A DNA stretch of 64,000 nucleotides, taken from positions 87,803,012-87,867,011 of the forward strand of contig NC_057718.1 in assembly GCF_004010195.1 (NCBI RefSeq). Reading direction: 5' to 3'. The notes beneath the pieces were generated by a model. That model was not told the DNA's origin, searched no databases, and saw only the letters and a list, made by a program, of their open reading frames with translations. The translations under genes and the position numbers were made by a program. Source of the DNA: Chiloscyllium plagiosum. Its lineage: Eukaryota. Positions 12,950-26,629 of this stretch are shown here, one piece after another; position 1 is the first letter of the stretch, and each line of letters starts with the position of its first letter.

Positions 12950-13320
12950 CCTTATCTCGCGCATGTTGCCCAGTCACCTCTCGCGAGAAGCCGCTGCTCT
13001 CGCGAGGCCTGGCGCCTGCCCCGCCATGTTGTGCTGGTATTTTGGTTTCGCTTGGATCGGTGACGGCCGCGGGTAGGAGCGGCCCGGCCGAGTGGGTGGA
13101 GCCGGCCGCTATCCGATTGGAGACGCGGGGGAGGAGCGGCGGTGACGGTAAGAGAGGGGGGAGGGGGGTTAACAAAAAAAACCGGGGTTGATGGTGTGGC
13201 ACCGCATCCCGCGCAACCCGGAGCGGTCGCCCGAGGAGGCGGGCCGGAGACCGACCCCCTGCAGCGGGGCCCTGGAATCCGGGACTGTCCGAGCGGAGGA
13301 ACCTGGCTGTCAGAGGGTGG
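12950..13320 (+). promoter_or_regulatory. TAB2: CpG-island promoter, most likely of TAB2
   Basis: Strongest GC/CpG-dense unique segment in the window; TCTCGCGAGA at 12979-12988, TCTCGCGAGG at 12998-13007, YY1-type CCGCCATGTT at 13021-13030, inverted CCAAT at 13116-13120. Confidence 0.75.
13021..13147 (+). other. TAB2: Putative non-coding first exon of TAB2 (start uncertain)
   Basis: Lies in the CpG island; donor ACG|GTAAGA at 13147/13148, alternative CGG|GTAGGA at 13072/13073. Confidence 0.5.
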
Positions 13321-13820
13321 TCAGCTCTCACTGGGTTATTGCTGCCATCACCAGGTATAGGCCCTCGTGCTCCCTTTAATGTCGGTCAGCTCCAAGGCCC
13401 CCTCAAACAGTGTGGTCAGCTCCAGGCCCCCTGAGCAGTATGGTCAGCTCTGGGTCCCTGACAGTTTGATCTGGATGTACAGCACCAGATCTTTGTCACT
13501 GTGGCCTGAGGAATCTGCCCTTGGTCTACTGTCACTGTTGCCTGTAGGTCCTGCCCCAGGTCCCCTGTTAGTGTGGCTTGAGGGTCTGACCCTGGATCCA
13601 TGTTAACTGTGGCCTGAGGGTCCTGCTCCATGTCCACCCTCTCCCCAACATTGGTCTGAACATCATGCCCCATGCCCTGCAATGTGGTCTGGACTTCCAG
13701 TTGATGTGGTCTGAGCCCCCTCCTTGGACCCCTGTTGGTATGGTTCGAGCACCCTATCCCAACTCACTTGTCATTTTAGACCAATGTTCTGCCCCTGGTG
13801 TGAGTCGTGCACTGTGGCCT
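13319..13820. repeat. Degenerate ~28-33-bp minisatellite-like region
   Basis: GGTCAGCTC at 13319, 13384, 13414, 13442; recurring TGTGGCCTGAGG/TGTGGTCTG-like words downstream. Confidence 0.55.
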
Positions 13821-14289
13821 TGCCACAGGCATTATTAATGAGTATCTTGAGTTGTCATGATGACAGCTTTGGATTGTTCTTAGGATTGGGTGGGTGCAAT
13901 TTGTAATTATTTGTACTTGAGATAGATCAAAATTCTCTTGTCTAACAATATTACTTTACTACATAAGAACTGACAAATTTCCAATCTCATTACTCCATTG
14001 CTTGAAAACTACTGTTGATTAATTTCCATTTTCAGTATCGCAATTATTGATCATTTTGTTTGCCAACCAAAACTTTTTCTTACTTTTGTTTTGGTCCCTG
14101 TGTCTCTTATCTTTGAATATGTACTATAATTGCTGTAGCCTTTGTAGGAATTTCCATGTTGGTAATGATGAAGAATATGGTGAATGATAACTTGTGTTTA
14201 AGCCATGTTGATTGCCAACCCATTTCAGCACTTTGTTTTGTTGTATTTACTTAGAATTTAGTGATATTTAAAAACAAAATTCAACAAAA

Positions 14290-14680
14290 AGCTTGTATCT
14301 ATATAACACATCTATATCTGCATGTTCCAAAGCGCTTAACCAATGATGCACTTTTGGAATGTGATCACTGTTGTAGAAAATGTGGTAGTTAAGGTGCATG
14401 TGGCATGTTCCCTCAAATGCTATTGATTGATAAGAAAACACATTTTCTAGAAACTTAATTGAGAGAGAAATATTGGCTAGGCCACCAGGGATAACTCCCC
14501 AATTCATCTTTGAAATAGTTCTTGGGATCTTTTTATCCATCTGAGAGGACAGATTAAGCCATGGTCTAAAATCTCATTTGAAAAGTGACACTCCCAGCAG
14601 TGTTGCACTGCATTGGAGTGTCTTCCAGGATTCAGTGCTGAAGTGTCTGGACTTCAAGAGTAATGTGCTAATGCTGACTG
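14290..14680 (-). mobile_element. Deu-domain SINE (SacSINE1-like), old
   Basis: GGGATCTTTTTATCCATCTGAGAGGACAGA...ATCTCATTTGAAAAGTGACACTCC...CAGTG resembles the reverse-complemented Deu domain; related copy at 26630-26970. Confidence 0.6.
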
Positions 14681-15064
14681 TTGGCTAGACTGTTCTTTCT
14701 GTGAACCTTAAACCTAATCTCAGTGTGAGGGGGCCAGTAGCCCTGGCATTTTAAGAGAGGTGAACCTTGGAAGTACATATGTGCCGTGTTTTGTAAAATT
14801 GTTTTTTGGCCAGATTATTTTGGGAAATTATTCCTGCATGTTGCAAACTAGTAAACATGTTTCTGACATTAGTCTTTTGGTTTATCATAGAATGTTTGAA
14901 ATAACAACTGAGCATTCAACCCTTGGAATATGTTGCACTGACTTGTTCCACAGTGAACCACCTAGAACAATCCCACTGTCCTTTCTCAGACTTCTTTTTG
15001 TTTTTCCATTATCAGCAATTGTCTAATTTGATTTTTTTCTTTAAGACAATTTGATCACAGTTTA

Positions 15065-17125
15065 GAGTTATAGAGATGCACAATATGGAAACAAACCCTT
15101 CAGTCCAATTCGTCCATGTCGGCCAGACATCCTAAATTAATCTAGTCCCATTTGCCAGCATTTGGCCCAATTCTCGTTAAGCTCTTCTTATTCATATACT
15201 CATCCGGATGCCTTTTAAAAGTTGTAATTGTACCAGCTGCCTCCATTTCCTTTGGCAGCTCGTTTCATACACAGACCACCCTCTGCACAAAAACATTGCC
15301 CCTTTGGTCCCTGTCTTTCCCCTCTCATCTTAAATCTATGCTGACTAGTTTTGGACTCCCTTATCCTGGGAAAAAGACCTTGACTGTTCACCACCTTATC
15401 CATGCCCTTCATGATTTTATAAACTTAAGATCATTCCTCAGGCTCTGACGCTAGAGGGAAAATAGCCCCAGCCTATTCAGCCTTTCCCTATAGCACAAAC
15501 CCTCCAACCCTGGCAACATCCTTGTAACTCTTTTCTGAACCCTTTCAAGTTTTGTAATATCCTTCCTATAGCTGGGAGATCAGAATTAAACACAGTATTC
15601 CAAAAGTGGACTAACCAATGTCCTGTACAGCCATCACATGACCTCCCAACCCATGTGCTCCATGCACTGATCAATGAAGGCAAGCGTACCAAATGCTGCC
15701 TTCACTATCTTGTCTACCTGTGACTGCACTTTCAAGAAACTATGAATCTGCACTCCCAAGGTCTCTTTATTCGACAACACTCCTCAGGACCTTGCCATAA
15801 AGTGTATAAGTCTTGTCCTGATTTACCTTACCAACATGCAGCATCCCACATTTATCTAAATTAAATTCCATCTGCCGCCCATTGGCCCATCTGGTTGTGC
15901 TCGGAGGTAACCTTCTTCACAGACCACGAATTTAGGTGTCATCTGTAAATTTACTAACCATACCTCCTATATTCACATCCAGATCATTGATATAAATGAC
16001 AAAAAGCAGTGGGCCCAGCACCAATCCTTGTGGCACACCCTGGTCACAGTCTGAAAAGCAACCCTCCACGACCACCCTCTGCCTCCTGCATTCAAGCCAG
16101 TTACCTGTCGAAATGGCATATCTCTCTTCCATGTGATCTAACCTTGTTAACCAGTCTACCATGCAGAATCTTGTCAAATGTTTTTCTGAAGTCCATATGG
16201 ATCACGGCCACTGCTCTGCCTTAACCAATCCTCTTCTTCAATTCCTCAAAAACCCAATCAAGTTAGTGAGACAAGATTTCCCACACACAAAGCCACGTTG
16301 ATTATCCCTAATCAGTCATTGTCTTTCCAAATGCATGTAAATCCCATCCCTCAAATACCCCCTGTAACTTGCCCACCACCGATATCAGGTTCAGACCTAT
16401 AGTTCCCTGTTTTTCCTTACCATCTTTCTTAAATAATGGCACCACATTAGCCAACCTCCAGTCTTCCAGCATCTCACCTGTGGCCATCGATGATACAAAA
16501 ATATCAGCAAGGGCCAGCGATCAGTTCCCCAGCTTCCCACACAGTTCTTGGGTACACATGATCCAGTCCCAGGGATTTATCCACCTTTATGCATTTTAAG
16601 ATATCCAGCATCACCACTTCTGTATATGGAAACTTTTCAAGATATTGCTATTTATCCCCCCAAATTCTCAAGTTTTTATATCCTTCTCCACAGTAAACAC
16701 TGATGCAAAATACTTGTTTACTATCTCACCCATCTCCTGCCGTTCCACAGTAAATGGCCTTGTTAATCTTTAAGGGGCGAGAGTGTGGTGCTGGAAAAGC
16801 ACAGCAAGTCAGGCAGCATTCAAGGAGCAGGAGAATCGGCGTTTCGAGCATAGGTCCTTCATCAGGATTCCTAATGAAGGGCTTATGCCCGAAATTTCGA
16901 TTCTCCTGCTCCTCGGATGCTGCCTGACCTGCTGTGCTTTTCCATCACCACACTCGCAACTCTGATCTCCAGTATCTGCAGTCCTCACTTTCTCCTAATC
17001 ATTAAGGGGCCCTATTCTCTCCCTAGTTACCCTTTTGCCCTGAATGTATTTGTAGAACCCCTTTGGATTCTCCTTAACCCTAGTTGCCAAAGGTATCTCA
17101 TGTCCCTTTTTTTTGTCCTCCTTGA
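15065..17125 (-). mobile_element. CR1 LINE (RT to 3' end), antisense, with nested Penelope-derived insertion
   Basis: Minus-strand [24 protein letters not shown]...KFTDDT; 3' tail at 15065-15110. Confidence 0.88.
16779..16995. mobile_element. Short fold-back Penelope-derived insertion with degenerate hammerhead cores
   Basis: 15-bp TSD TAATC(T/A)TTAAGGGGC at 16764-16778 and 16996-17010; arms inverted about 16867; ends CTGCAGTCCTCACTTTCTCC. Confidence 0.8.
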
Positions 17126-17559
17126 GTTATTATCGAAAGAATGAAGGGCAGATAATTCAGTTTCCATGTTAAATTTTTTTTTCTAATCTCCCTTTTTAAT
17201 TATCTCTGTGGGTACTTAGTGCTGTATTGATGTTGTCACTGGATTAGTAATCCAAAGGCCTAACATTGCTCCAAATCCCATTATAGAGTTGGTGATTGAA
17301 AGTTCAATTCCAGTTAAATAAATTGATTTAATAAAAGTTCTGGATGGAAAGCTAGTTTTGTTTCATGCACCATTATCATTGAGTAGATCTGTGCTGTCTT
17401 CACCTAATAACACCTTTTTGTGACCCTGGACTTTTCAGACTACTATTTATCTTCTGAAATGGACAAGCAAACTACCCAGGTTTAGCAAAATGTTACAGAA
17501 GAGTCAAAAAGAATTCATGCTAGACAGGCCACTCATTACTGCATCAGAAGCAATTATGG

Positions 17560-18600
17560 AAAACCTGGCCTTGTCAACCTTGCAAAGTCTTCCCTATTGA
17601 CATTTGGGGACCTGTTCCAAAACTGGGAGAATTGTCTTTCAGACTACTCGAACAACAACCAGACATAGTCTGGACAACCATAAGACATTGTGGGCTGTCA
17701 GAGGAAACAACCTCAACATATAAACTTGTGGCTCGGCATATCCCTTGCACTGCCATTCCCATCAGCCCAGGAGATCAACCCTGCTTCAATGAAGAGTGAA
17801 GGGCAGGATACCGGGAGTAACACCAGGCATACCTAGAAATGAAGTGTCAGTCTGGTGAAGCTACAACATATTACAACTTGCATGTCAAACAGGCTATAGA
17901 CAGAGCTAAGTGATCCCAACAGATCATATCAGAGCTTTGTGGTTCTTCCACGTTTGATCCCGAATGGTGATGGACAATGAAAGAACTCGCAGGAAGAGGA
18001 AGCTGCACAGATATCATGATCATCAGTGATATGGTGGCCCAGCCCACCAGTACAGTAGACAAGGCAGAAGCTTTGCAGCTATCATCAGCTCGATGTGTAG
18101 AGTTTTGCTCTTGTCCTGAGGTTCACAGATGTCATTTTTAAGCCAATTTAATTCACCGTATGTTATCAAGAAACAGCTGAAGGTATTGGATACTTTGAAG
18201 CTATGGTCCTGGCAACATAACAAGTTGTGCTTCAGGATGAGTTGAGCCTCTCATTAAGCTATCTCAGTATGGCTACAAAACTGGTGTCTGCTTGGTGATG
18301 TGGAATATTGCCCATGTATATCCTGTTCCTATAAAGCAGAGTAAATCCAATGTGGACAATTAATGCATTGTCAGTTTCCCCTCAGTCTTCAGCAAAATGA
18401 TGCAAGCTGACATCAACTGTGCTGACAAATGGCTCTTGCACTTCAATAATCTGCTCACTTGATGCTTAGTTTGGGTTCTATCAGAACCATCCAGCTCTTG
18501 ACCACATCACAGCCTTGGTCCCAACAGGGACAAAAGAACGAATTCGAGAGCTGAAGTGAGAGGGAATGCAGGATAGCATTTGATCAAGTGTGGTAACAAA
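17560..18600 (+). mobile_element. Highly degenerate CR1-clade LINE fragments
   Basis: Similarity to 6540-6650 at its start; RT-like remnants (GCCCATGTATATCCTGTTC...AAATCCAA, AGCATTTGATCAAGTGTGG). Confidence 0.55.
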
Positions 18601-19259
18601 CTTAATCCTCTGTCACTGAATGAACAGTCCAGAGCCATACTAATTTTTTTTTTGGATATGGATTTGAATCACTCCATGGCATTTAGATAAATTTGAATAC
18701 AATAAATATTTGGAATTATTTTAAACTGCTATTCCACTGACAACCATTAACAGTTGTTGTAAAATCCCATCTGGTTCATTAATGTCCTTTTAGGGAAGCA
18801 AATCTGGCTTCGTCTGGTCAACATGTGACTCTAAACTCTCAGCAATGTGATTAACTGTTAAGTACCCTATGAAATGGCTGATAAAACCACAACAAAATCT
18901 TTAAAAAAGGAATAAAACTGGATGAACTACACAGCATCTGCCTTGGCATCAGAAGCATTAATGGCAGATACAGCCATGTTGATTCTGTGAAGTCTTCTTA
19001 CCAACATCTGGGAGTTTGTCAAAGTTAGGAGAGTTGACCTACAGTCTAGTAAAACAAACACCTCACGTGGTTGTACTCATAGAACCATACTTTACAGACA
19101 CTGTCCCTAACACAATTATCACCATCCCTGGGTTTCATGTCTCACTGGTGGGTCAGACCCACTAGAGTTAACAGCGCCCTGGTATATGGTTGGAAAGGAA
19201 ATTCACTGGGAGTCCTCAACATTGACTCCAGATTCTGTGAAATCCTATGGCATCAGGTC

Positions 19260-21057
19260 TTTGGCAAATAGAATTAAGAATCCAAAGAGTTTCTACAAAT
19301 ACGTTAAGGACAAAAGGGTAACTAGGGAGAGAATAGGGCCCTTCAAAGATCAGCAAGGCGATCTTTGTGTGGAACCGCAGAAAATGGCGGAGATACTAAA
19401 CAAGTATTTTGCATCAGTATTTACTGTGGAAAAGGATATGGAAGATATAGACTGTAGGGAAATAGATGGTGACATTTTGCAAAATGTCCAGATTACAGAG
19501 GAGGAAGTGCTGGATGTCTTGAAATGGGTAAAGGTGGATAAATCCCCAGGACCTGATCAGGTGTACCCTAGAACTCTGTGGGAAGCTAGAGAAGTGATTG
19601 CTGGGCCTCTTGCTGAGATATTTGTATCATCGATAGTCACAGGTGAGGTGCCGGAAGACTGGAGGTTGGGCAATGTGGTGCCACTGTTTAAGAAGGGTGG
19701 TAAGGACAAGCCAGGGAACTATAGACCAGCGAGCCTGAGGTCGGTGGTGGGCAAGTTGTTGGAGGGAATCCTGAGGAACAGGATGTACATGTATTTAGAA
19801 AGGCAAGGGCTGATTAGGGATAGTCAACATGGCTTTGTGCGTGGGAAATCATATCTCTCAAACTTGATTGAGTTTTTTGAAGAAGTAACAAAGAGGATTG
19901 ATGAGGACAGAGCGGTAGATGTGATCTATATGGACTTGAGTAAGGCGTTCGACAAGTTTTCCCATGGGAGTCTGATTAGCAAGGTTAGATCTCACGGAAT
20001 ACAGGGAAAACTAGCTGTTTGGATACAGCTCAAAGGTAGAAGACAGAGGGTGGTGGTGGTGGAGGGTTGTTTTTCATACTGGAGGCCTGTGACCAGTGGA
20101 GTGCCACAAGGATTGGTGCTGGGTCCTCTACTTTTTGTGATTTGGATGCGAGCATAAGAGGTACAGCTCGTAAGTTTGCAAATAACACCAAAATTGGAGG
20201 TGTAATATACAGCGATGAGGGTTACCTCCGATTACAATAGGATCTTGACCAGATGGGCCAATGGGCTGAGAAGTGGCAGATGGAATTTAATTCAGGTAAT
20301 TGCGAGGTGCTGCATTTTGGAAAAGCAAATCTTAGAAGGATTTATACACTTAACGGTAAGGTCCTAGGGAGTGTTGCTGAACAAAGAGACCTTGGAGTGT
20401 AGGTTCATAACTCTTGAAAGTGGAGTCTCAGGTAGGTAGAATAGTGAAGAAGGCATTTAGTATGCTTTCCTTTATTGGTCAGAGTATTGAGTATAGTACT
20501 TGGGAGGTTATGTTGCAGCTGTACAGGACATTGGTTAGGCCACTTGGAATATTGCGTGCAATTCCGGTCTCCTTCCTATCAGAAAGATGTTGTGAAACTT
20601 GAAAGGGTTCAGAAAAGATTTACAAGGATGTTGCCAGGGTTGGAGGATTTGAGCTATAGCGGGAGGCTGAACAGGCTGGGGCTGACCTTATAGAGGTTTA
20701 CAAAATTATGAGGGGCATGGATAGGATAAATAGGCAAAGTCTTTTCCCTGGGATCGGGTAATCCAAAACTAGAAGGCATAGATTTAGGATGAGAGGGGGA
20801 AGATATAAAAGAAACCTCGGGGCAACTTTTTCACGCAGAGGGTGGTACGTGTATGGAATGAGCTGCCAGAGGAAGTGGTGGAGGCTGGTACAGTTGCAAC
20901 ATTTAAAAGGCATTTGGATGGGTATATGAATAGGAAGGGTTTGGGGGAATGTGGGCCGGGTGCTGGCAGGTGGGACTAGATTGGGTTGGGATATCTGGTG
21001 GGCATGGACGGGTTGGGCCGAAGGGTCTGTTTCCATGCTGTACGTCTCTATGACTCT
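19260..21057 (+). mobile_element. Relatively young 5'-truncated CR1 LINE nested in an older LINE endonuclease fragment (~18960-21600)
   Basis: ~300 codons of open RT (NPKSFYKYVK, KSPGPD, NYRP, DLSKAFDK, GVPQGLVLGPLLF) followed by frameshifts; tail CTCTATGACTCT; host sequence resumes after 21057. Confidence 0.92.
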
Positions 21058-21679
21058 TTGTCAAACATAGATAAAGAAACCACTTCTGCATTCCCGTCAG
21101 CTAATAAATCAATACACTCCTCCATGTTGAACATCACTTGAAAGAAGTATTGAGGATTGCAAAGGTGCAAAATGTCCTCTGGTTCGGGATCTCCTATATC
21201 CATTACCAAGACTGGCTCACTGGCACCACTACTAACTGAGATGGATGTATCCTAAATAACATAGCTTCTAGTCTGAAGCTGTGATGAGGGAACCAACGGG
21301 AGGGAAAAATGTACTTTATCTTTTTCTCACCAATCTACCAGTCTCTGATGCATTTGTACATTATGGTATCCGTGGGAGTGACCACCGCACAACCCTTGTG
21401 GAAACTCTCCCACCTTTGAGGATATCCTGCATTGAATTACGTGGCACTCCCTATTACTAAATGGGGCAGACTTCAAAAGGTGTAACAGTTCAAAATTGGT
21501 TATCTATGAGCTGCTGTAGGCCATCTGCAGCAGCAGCAGCAGAACTGTATTTAGTCTTTAACCTCATGGCCTGATATTCTCCTGCCAACCATTACTGACT
21601 AGGTCAAATTAAATTAAAATTTGCTGGTAGAGTTAGGGAAAAACTGCAACCAGAGGGCACAGATTTTAGGTAAGTTTTT

Positions 21680-22030
21680 TTTAAATTGTATTCATTTACA
21701 GGAAGAGGGTGCTACTGGCTGAGCCAGCATTATTGCCCACATCTAATTGCCATAAAGCAGTTAAGTGTAAACCACATTGCTGTACATCTGGAGACACATT
21801 TAGGCCAAATAAAGTAAGAATGGCAGCTCCCTTCCCTAAAGGACCCTAGTAAAACATGGGTTTTTCTGACAATTGGCAATGGATTTATGCTCATCATTAG
21901 ACTCTTAATTCCAGGTTTTTATAGAATTCAAATCCACTTTCTGTCATGGCATGATTCAAACCCAGGTCCCCAGCACATCATCTAGATCCCTGGACTGTAC
22001 CAGCAATAGTACCAGGCCATCATCTTCTAT
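21680..22030 (-). mobile_element. tRNA-derived SINE, same family as 4255-4490
   Basis: CCTTCCCTAAAGGAC...TGGGTTTTTCTGACAAT...GATTCAAACCCAGGTCCCCAG shared with 4290-4430. Confidence 0.6.
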
Positions 22031-22569
22031 GAAGAAAGGAAAAGTAATGGAACTAGTTGATTAGCTCTTTTCAAAGAGCCCAAACAGGCACAGTGGGCAA
22101 GATAGATGTCACATTTGATGTCAAATTCCCTTTTCATGCTAAACTCCACTGAAGAAGCCTGGACTTCCTAAGTTCCTTCCAATCTAAATCCCTTTACAGG
22201 TATTGCTGTCACAATGTACTAATATTTCCTCTCTTGTCTGATAACACTTCCATTGGAGTTCCTTTTTCATTCAGATGCAAACCCAAGAATTTCATTCCAA
22301 AACAAAAAGAGCAGAGTAGGGGTCAGCGTTAATTTTCTGTAGGTTTTAGTTTTGTATTTTAAGTATGTACTGAGTTTCTAGCAAACAGAAACATTTCCTT
22401 CATGCAAAGGTTAGTTGAAATTTTATTTATTAGCAATGAGTTCAAAACACATTTTAACTGAAGGACTTCTAACAATGAGTTGGACTTCTGATGTACCCAA
22501 AACTGAAAAGAGGGGACCGTTTTGAACACACCTCCAGAGTTAAGAATATTAGATCCAGGAAAGTTCTGT

Positions 22570-22717
22570 GAGAAAGTGAGGGCTGCAGATTATGGAGATC
22601 AGAATCGAAAGTGTGGTGCTGGAAAAGGATTCCTGATACAGGGCTTATGCCCGAAACATCGATCCTCCTGCTTCTCGGATGCTGCCTGACCTGCTGTGCT
22701 TTTCCAGCACCATACCC
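22570..22717. mobile_element. Short fold-back Penelope-derived insertion
   Basis: GAGAAAGTGAGGGCTGCAG terminus, partial inverted arm, degenerate core CTGATAC-AGGGCTTATGCCC-GAAACATC. Confidence 0.75.
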
Positions 22718-25700
22718 TTGACCAGGTGATTTCTGGCCTGTTTAAGATGCTAAAGCGTCTGCGCTGAGGATGGTTGGAGGACGTTTGAAGGGCCAACCTT
22801 AATGGAAGTAAAGGGAAGACCCAAGAAATCTCAGCCCTTAGGTGAATCTTTTGAATACTGTTCTCTGACAAAGTAGTTAATCTTCCAATTTCAGCTAAGT
22901 ATTTGGCTTGCATTGATTAGGATGCACGTCTAATGAGTATGGAAGGCAAGTGGATCTAAACAGTCCAGCTTGATATTATGTGAAAGTAAAATTACCAAAG
23001 TCTTACCAGACAATAGGGCTGTTCTCTCATTAAAGAGAGATAACTGTGGTAGTTTACGCACCTCAGGCGAGGAGAGAGGTTAAAGAGAGTTCTTCCATGC
23101 ACATGGTAGCCTCAGCTGGTGCGGGAATTGAACCCACACTGTTGGCTTCTCTGTGGATCGCAAACCAACCAGCCAGCCAATTGAGTTAATTAGATTATAA
23201 GTAGCTGAGTTCAATGTACTTTTAATATGTTTGATATAATTCTGTTTATAACAGTGCAGGTATGAGGATTCATGATCCTTAATTTTTAGTGTATTGAGGT
23301 AGTATACTACTATTTTGCATAGTACAATTATATGAATTTAAACCATGAATGTTGTACTTTCATTCTTCTAGTAATTACTTGAGTATTTTGATTCTTAAAA
23401 AAAAATTAGTTACTGATCTCCATCAAGATCATAACACTGTATTTGGACATCGATATTTCTTTTTTCTTCAAACCCCTTTTAAAATCTTAGTGTTTCAATT
23501 TTATTTCTTTTCCTTCTTGCTTTCAAAGTGTATGAAACTTTTTCTATCTTGAACTGCAGCTGTCACCTGTCTGCTTATGCTGCCTCTCTATCTTTCATAT
23601 TTCAAGATCCCCAAGGCTATACCTCCTCATTCTAAGACATCAGCAAATATAAATGCTGATGCCTCAATTTGTTAGTCCAGATTAGTTATTATTGGGTAAT
23701 ATGAGCAATTCCAACATACAATGAAGTGTTCCACAGAGGTATATCTTTCACTACCCAGGTTTTTCAGTAAATTCCTGATTCTCTTTATTTTCAAGTGACT
23801 AAATATTTCCTATGAGTCTCTTCTAGATCATATTCCACAAGCAGTTTTTTAACCAATGTACCACATTCACAGCATTTCTGTTCAATTCTTTTGTTATTTC
23901 TTCAAATATTTCTAAGGTTGACCAAGTATGACCTACCTTTTGGACTTTTGTGCTGACTAGTTTTGGATTAGCTCATTTTTTGCTATGACCTTAATTTTTT
24001 CATATATTCCGGATCCAGTAATTTGGCAGCAACTAAACTGGCACATGTTTCCTTTCCACAGAATTTTGGAAAATTATATTTATAACCTCAATCAGGATCC
24101 TACAATTTAAACCATCAGGTCCCTGCAATTGTCTCATCGTTCTTTGAAAATGCTCTCAACTAATTACCCCTACCTGAATAGCGTACGTTTTTGCTATGAA
24201 TGACCTAAAGTCTCATTATTGCATTCTGATTGAAATGAATCTTCTCATATTTGTAATTTTGTAATATTTTGCTGTGTCCTGGCTTTCTCCAATGTTTGCC
24301 CTTTAAGCGTGAGCGCCACAGAAGTTTGCAGCACACAAGGAAGCTATTTGCCTCTGTGTCTGTCTTGGCTCTTTTAGAACAATCTTAAAAACATTCCAGC
24401 TATTGTATACGCTCCCAAATTGCATACTTTGCTTTGCTTCAAATATCAAATTTTAGCTTTTGAGTGGCCCCTGTCTCAAGCACTTAGCATGGCTAAGTAT
24501 TCCTTCACACAATGGTGCTAATATCTACTAACATCTCTCTTGTAACATTGATCTTATCTACTCCCCCTACACCCCCTTCAAACTAGAGGAAATTGTCTTT
24601 TACTGTGTACCATATCAAAACTTTCTTTTCAACAAACAACCTGAATGAAATCTCCTGGCCTTTTCTACTCGAGTAGAAGCAATTCCAGCCCCTTGAGTAT
24701 TTTTCATAGCTGTAGGTTCTTTTTCCCCATTGGCTTATTGGCAAATATATGCTCTCTCTGGCACCAATGTCCCTTTCTCACAGGATTCCAAAACTGAAAT
24801 GTTGACTTGTGCATATTTATTATGATGTTGGGAATGAGGAGGGGATTTAGAATAAGGTTGTCCAAAAGGATCCTATCCAGCAAGTAGACCAATGTTAAAA
24901 ATTATAGGGAAGCGAAAATGATTGATCCTGCAATGAGCCAGTCCTCCAAATACAGGCTGGTTCTCTGCATGGTTTGCTTCTGGTTGATGTACTAAGAAGA
25001 AAAGTGTTTCATTTGCAGGTGGAATTGTGGGGAATAAGCTGCCACTTCAGGAGAGAGGAAGAAGCTGCTGGCTAGGATGGGGAGAGGGTGCAGAGAAATG
25101 TGTCTATCGAGTGAAATGGGGCTGAAAAGGCTCTTAGTGACTTTAGGCAAGACGGGAAAGTGCAATCTAAAAGGCAGCATACTTCCGGTCCCATTTACAT
25201 GAATTCTTAGCTAAGGCGACCACAGTGTGATTGTTAGTTAAATCCAACATCTTTGCTAGGCCCTTTCCCTCCTTTAGTGATCAGAATCTACAGTCTAGTT
25301 TGACTCTCTCTGATTCTGCTTATTAAGTGAAAAGGCAATAAAAGGTTTTTTTTGTTAGCTGTATTGTTTGATACTTTTCAATGGTCGTGTTTGTTAATTA
25401 CACTTTTAAATTATAAATTTATTGCTTTGACATTTTTCTTCATGTTTTATGTTTTCTTCATATTTCCACTTTTTAAAAAAATTCATATTGACTACTATGC
25501 TAACCCTAATGTTTCTGGAATTTGCTTATCAGCCCTTTGCATGAGCAGAAAAAAAAATCAAATGTGGCCCATCACATGAAAAGGTTACGCACCCCTAATT
25601 TAGAAATTGAAAGTAGCAAGAATGAGGAGTTGGCTTTTTTGCTGTGTTACCCACTTAGTAATGTAAGAGGATAAATATGATTTTTGCTGAATGAGTTTAA

Positions 25701-26629
25701 TGGGCATTGTTGAGTTGAATCACTGATTGGAAAACTGTTCATCCAATGTTTTTTCTCTGATCAGATCTTAATTTTATTAAGTGGCCTCTTACTCGTGGTT
25801 CTCTAAAAGTGAAGGTTGGAATATTGTGGAATTGAGAGGTTCAATAAAACTCTTAGTGTTGGAGACCGCATAAAGCTGCTTAAATCATGGACATAGTTGA
25901 ATTATACGAAGACTCAGTAGATTCTGTGGAAAGACCAGGCTGAGAAATGATGTAAAGATAGGTGTGTACATTATTTTTGTCAAACCTAACAATTGATTGT
26001 ACAGATAGGAAATTGTAAGTAAAAGATAGTGAGGTGTTTAACGTGGCAGTTCTGGAGATGAGTTTCCAGTCTTTAAGGGGAATGGAGCTGTGAGTGAGAT
26101 GCTATTGTCCAGTCATCCTAGGTGAATAATGTGATAGGCTTGCTATAATTTGCTTCAGCATTTTAGCATGGACAATATTCTGTTAATGGTTTTGTATGCT
26201 TCATAAGAGTGAATCATTCAGAAAGGTATAGAGTGCTTGTTTTGTTTTAAGCTTTTCTGTCTTTAAATTGTAATGGGAAATTCTGAAAGAAGTTGAGAAA
26301 AATATTTTTTTAAATAGATTTAAGGTTTTTAAGATTAATTTATAAATTTTAAAACAAGTTTGAGGAAATGGTGTGATTTTCATATTTGAATTCTTCAGGG
26401 CAATGGCAGCAATGAGAAGATGAGAAGGAAAGTCAGTTAAATGTTTTTGTAAATGTATACTGTATATATAAAAAGCACAAATTAATCTGACTTAATATAT
26501 TTCCTCATTCCCCTCTTGATTATCTATGTAGACAGATTTCTTCTGAATCTGGGCGATGCGGTTGAGAGGGCCAAGAGCAGAAGTCAGTAGCCTGAGAAGA
26601 ATGAATCAATCTGAGGTAAATAAAGATGA

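Noticed and set aside
12924..13682. Several 60-135-aa ORFs over the CpG island
   Set aside because: Expected from stop-poor GC-rich and minisatellite sequence; no protein-family features.
19186..20157. 323-aa ORF as a host gene or active reverse transcriptase
   Set aside because: Chimera of an old endonuclease fragment and a 5'-truncated CR1; it frameshifts before the catalytic xADD motif.
25500..25600. AAAAGGTTACGCACCCCTA as a hAT transposon terminus
   Set aside because: Only one end-like motif; no matching opposite TIR or 8-bp TSD identified.
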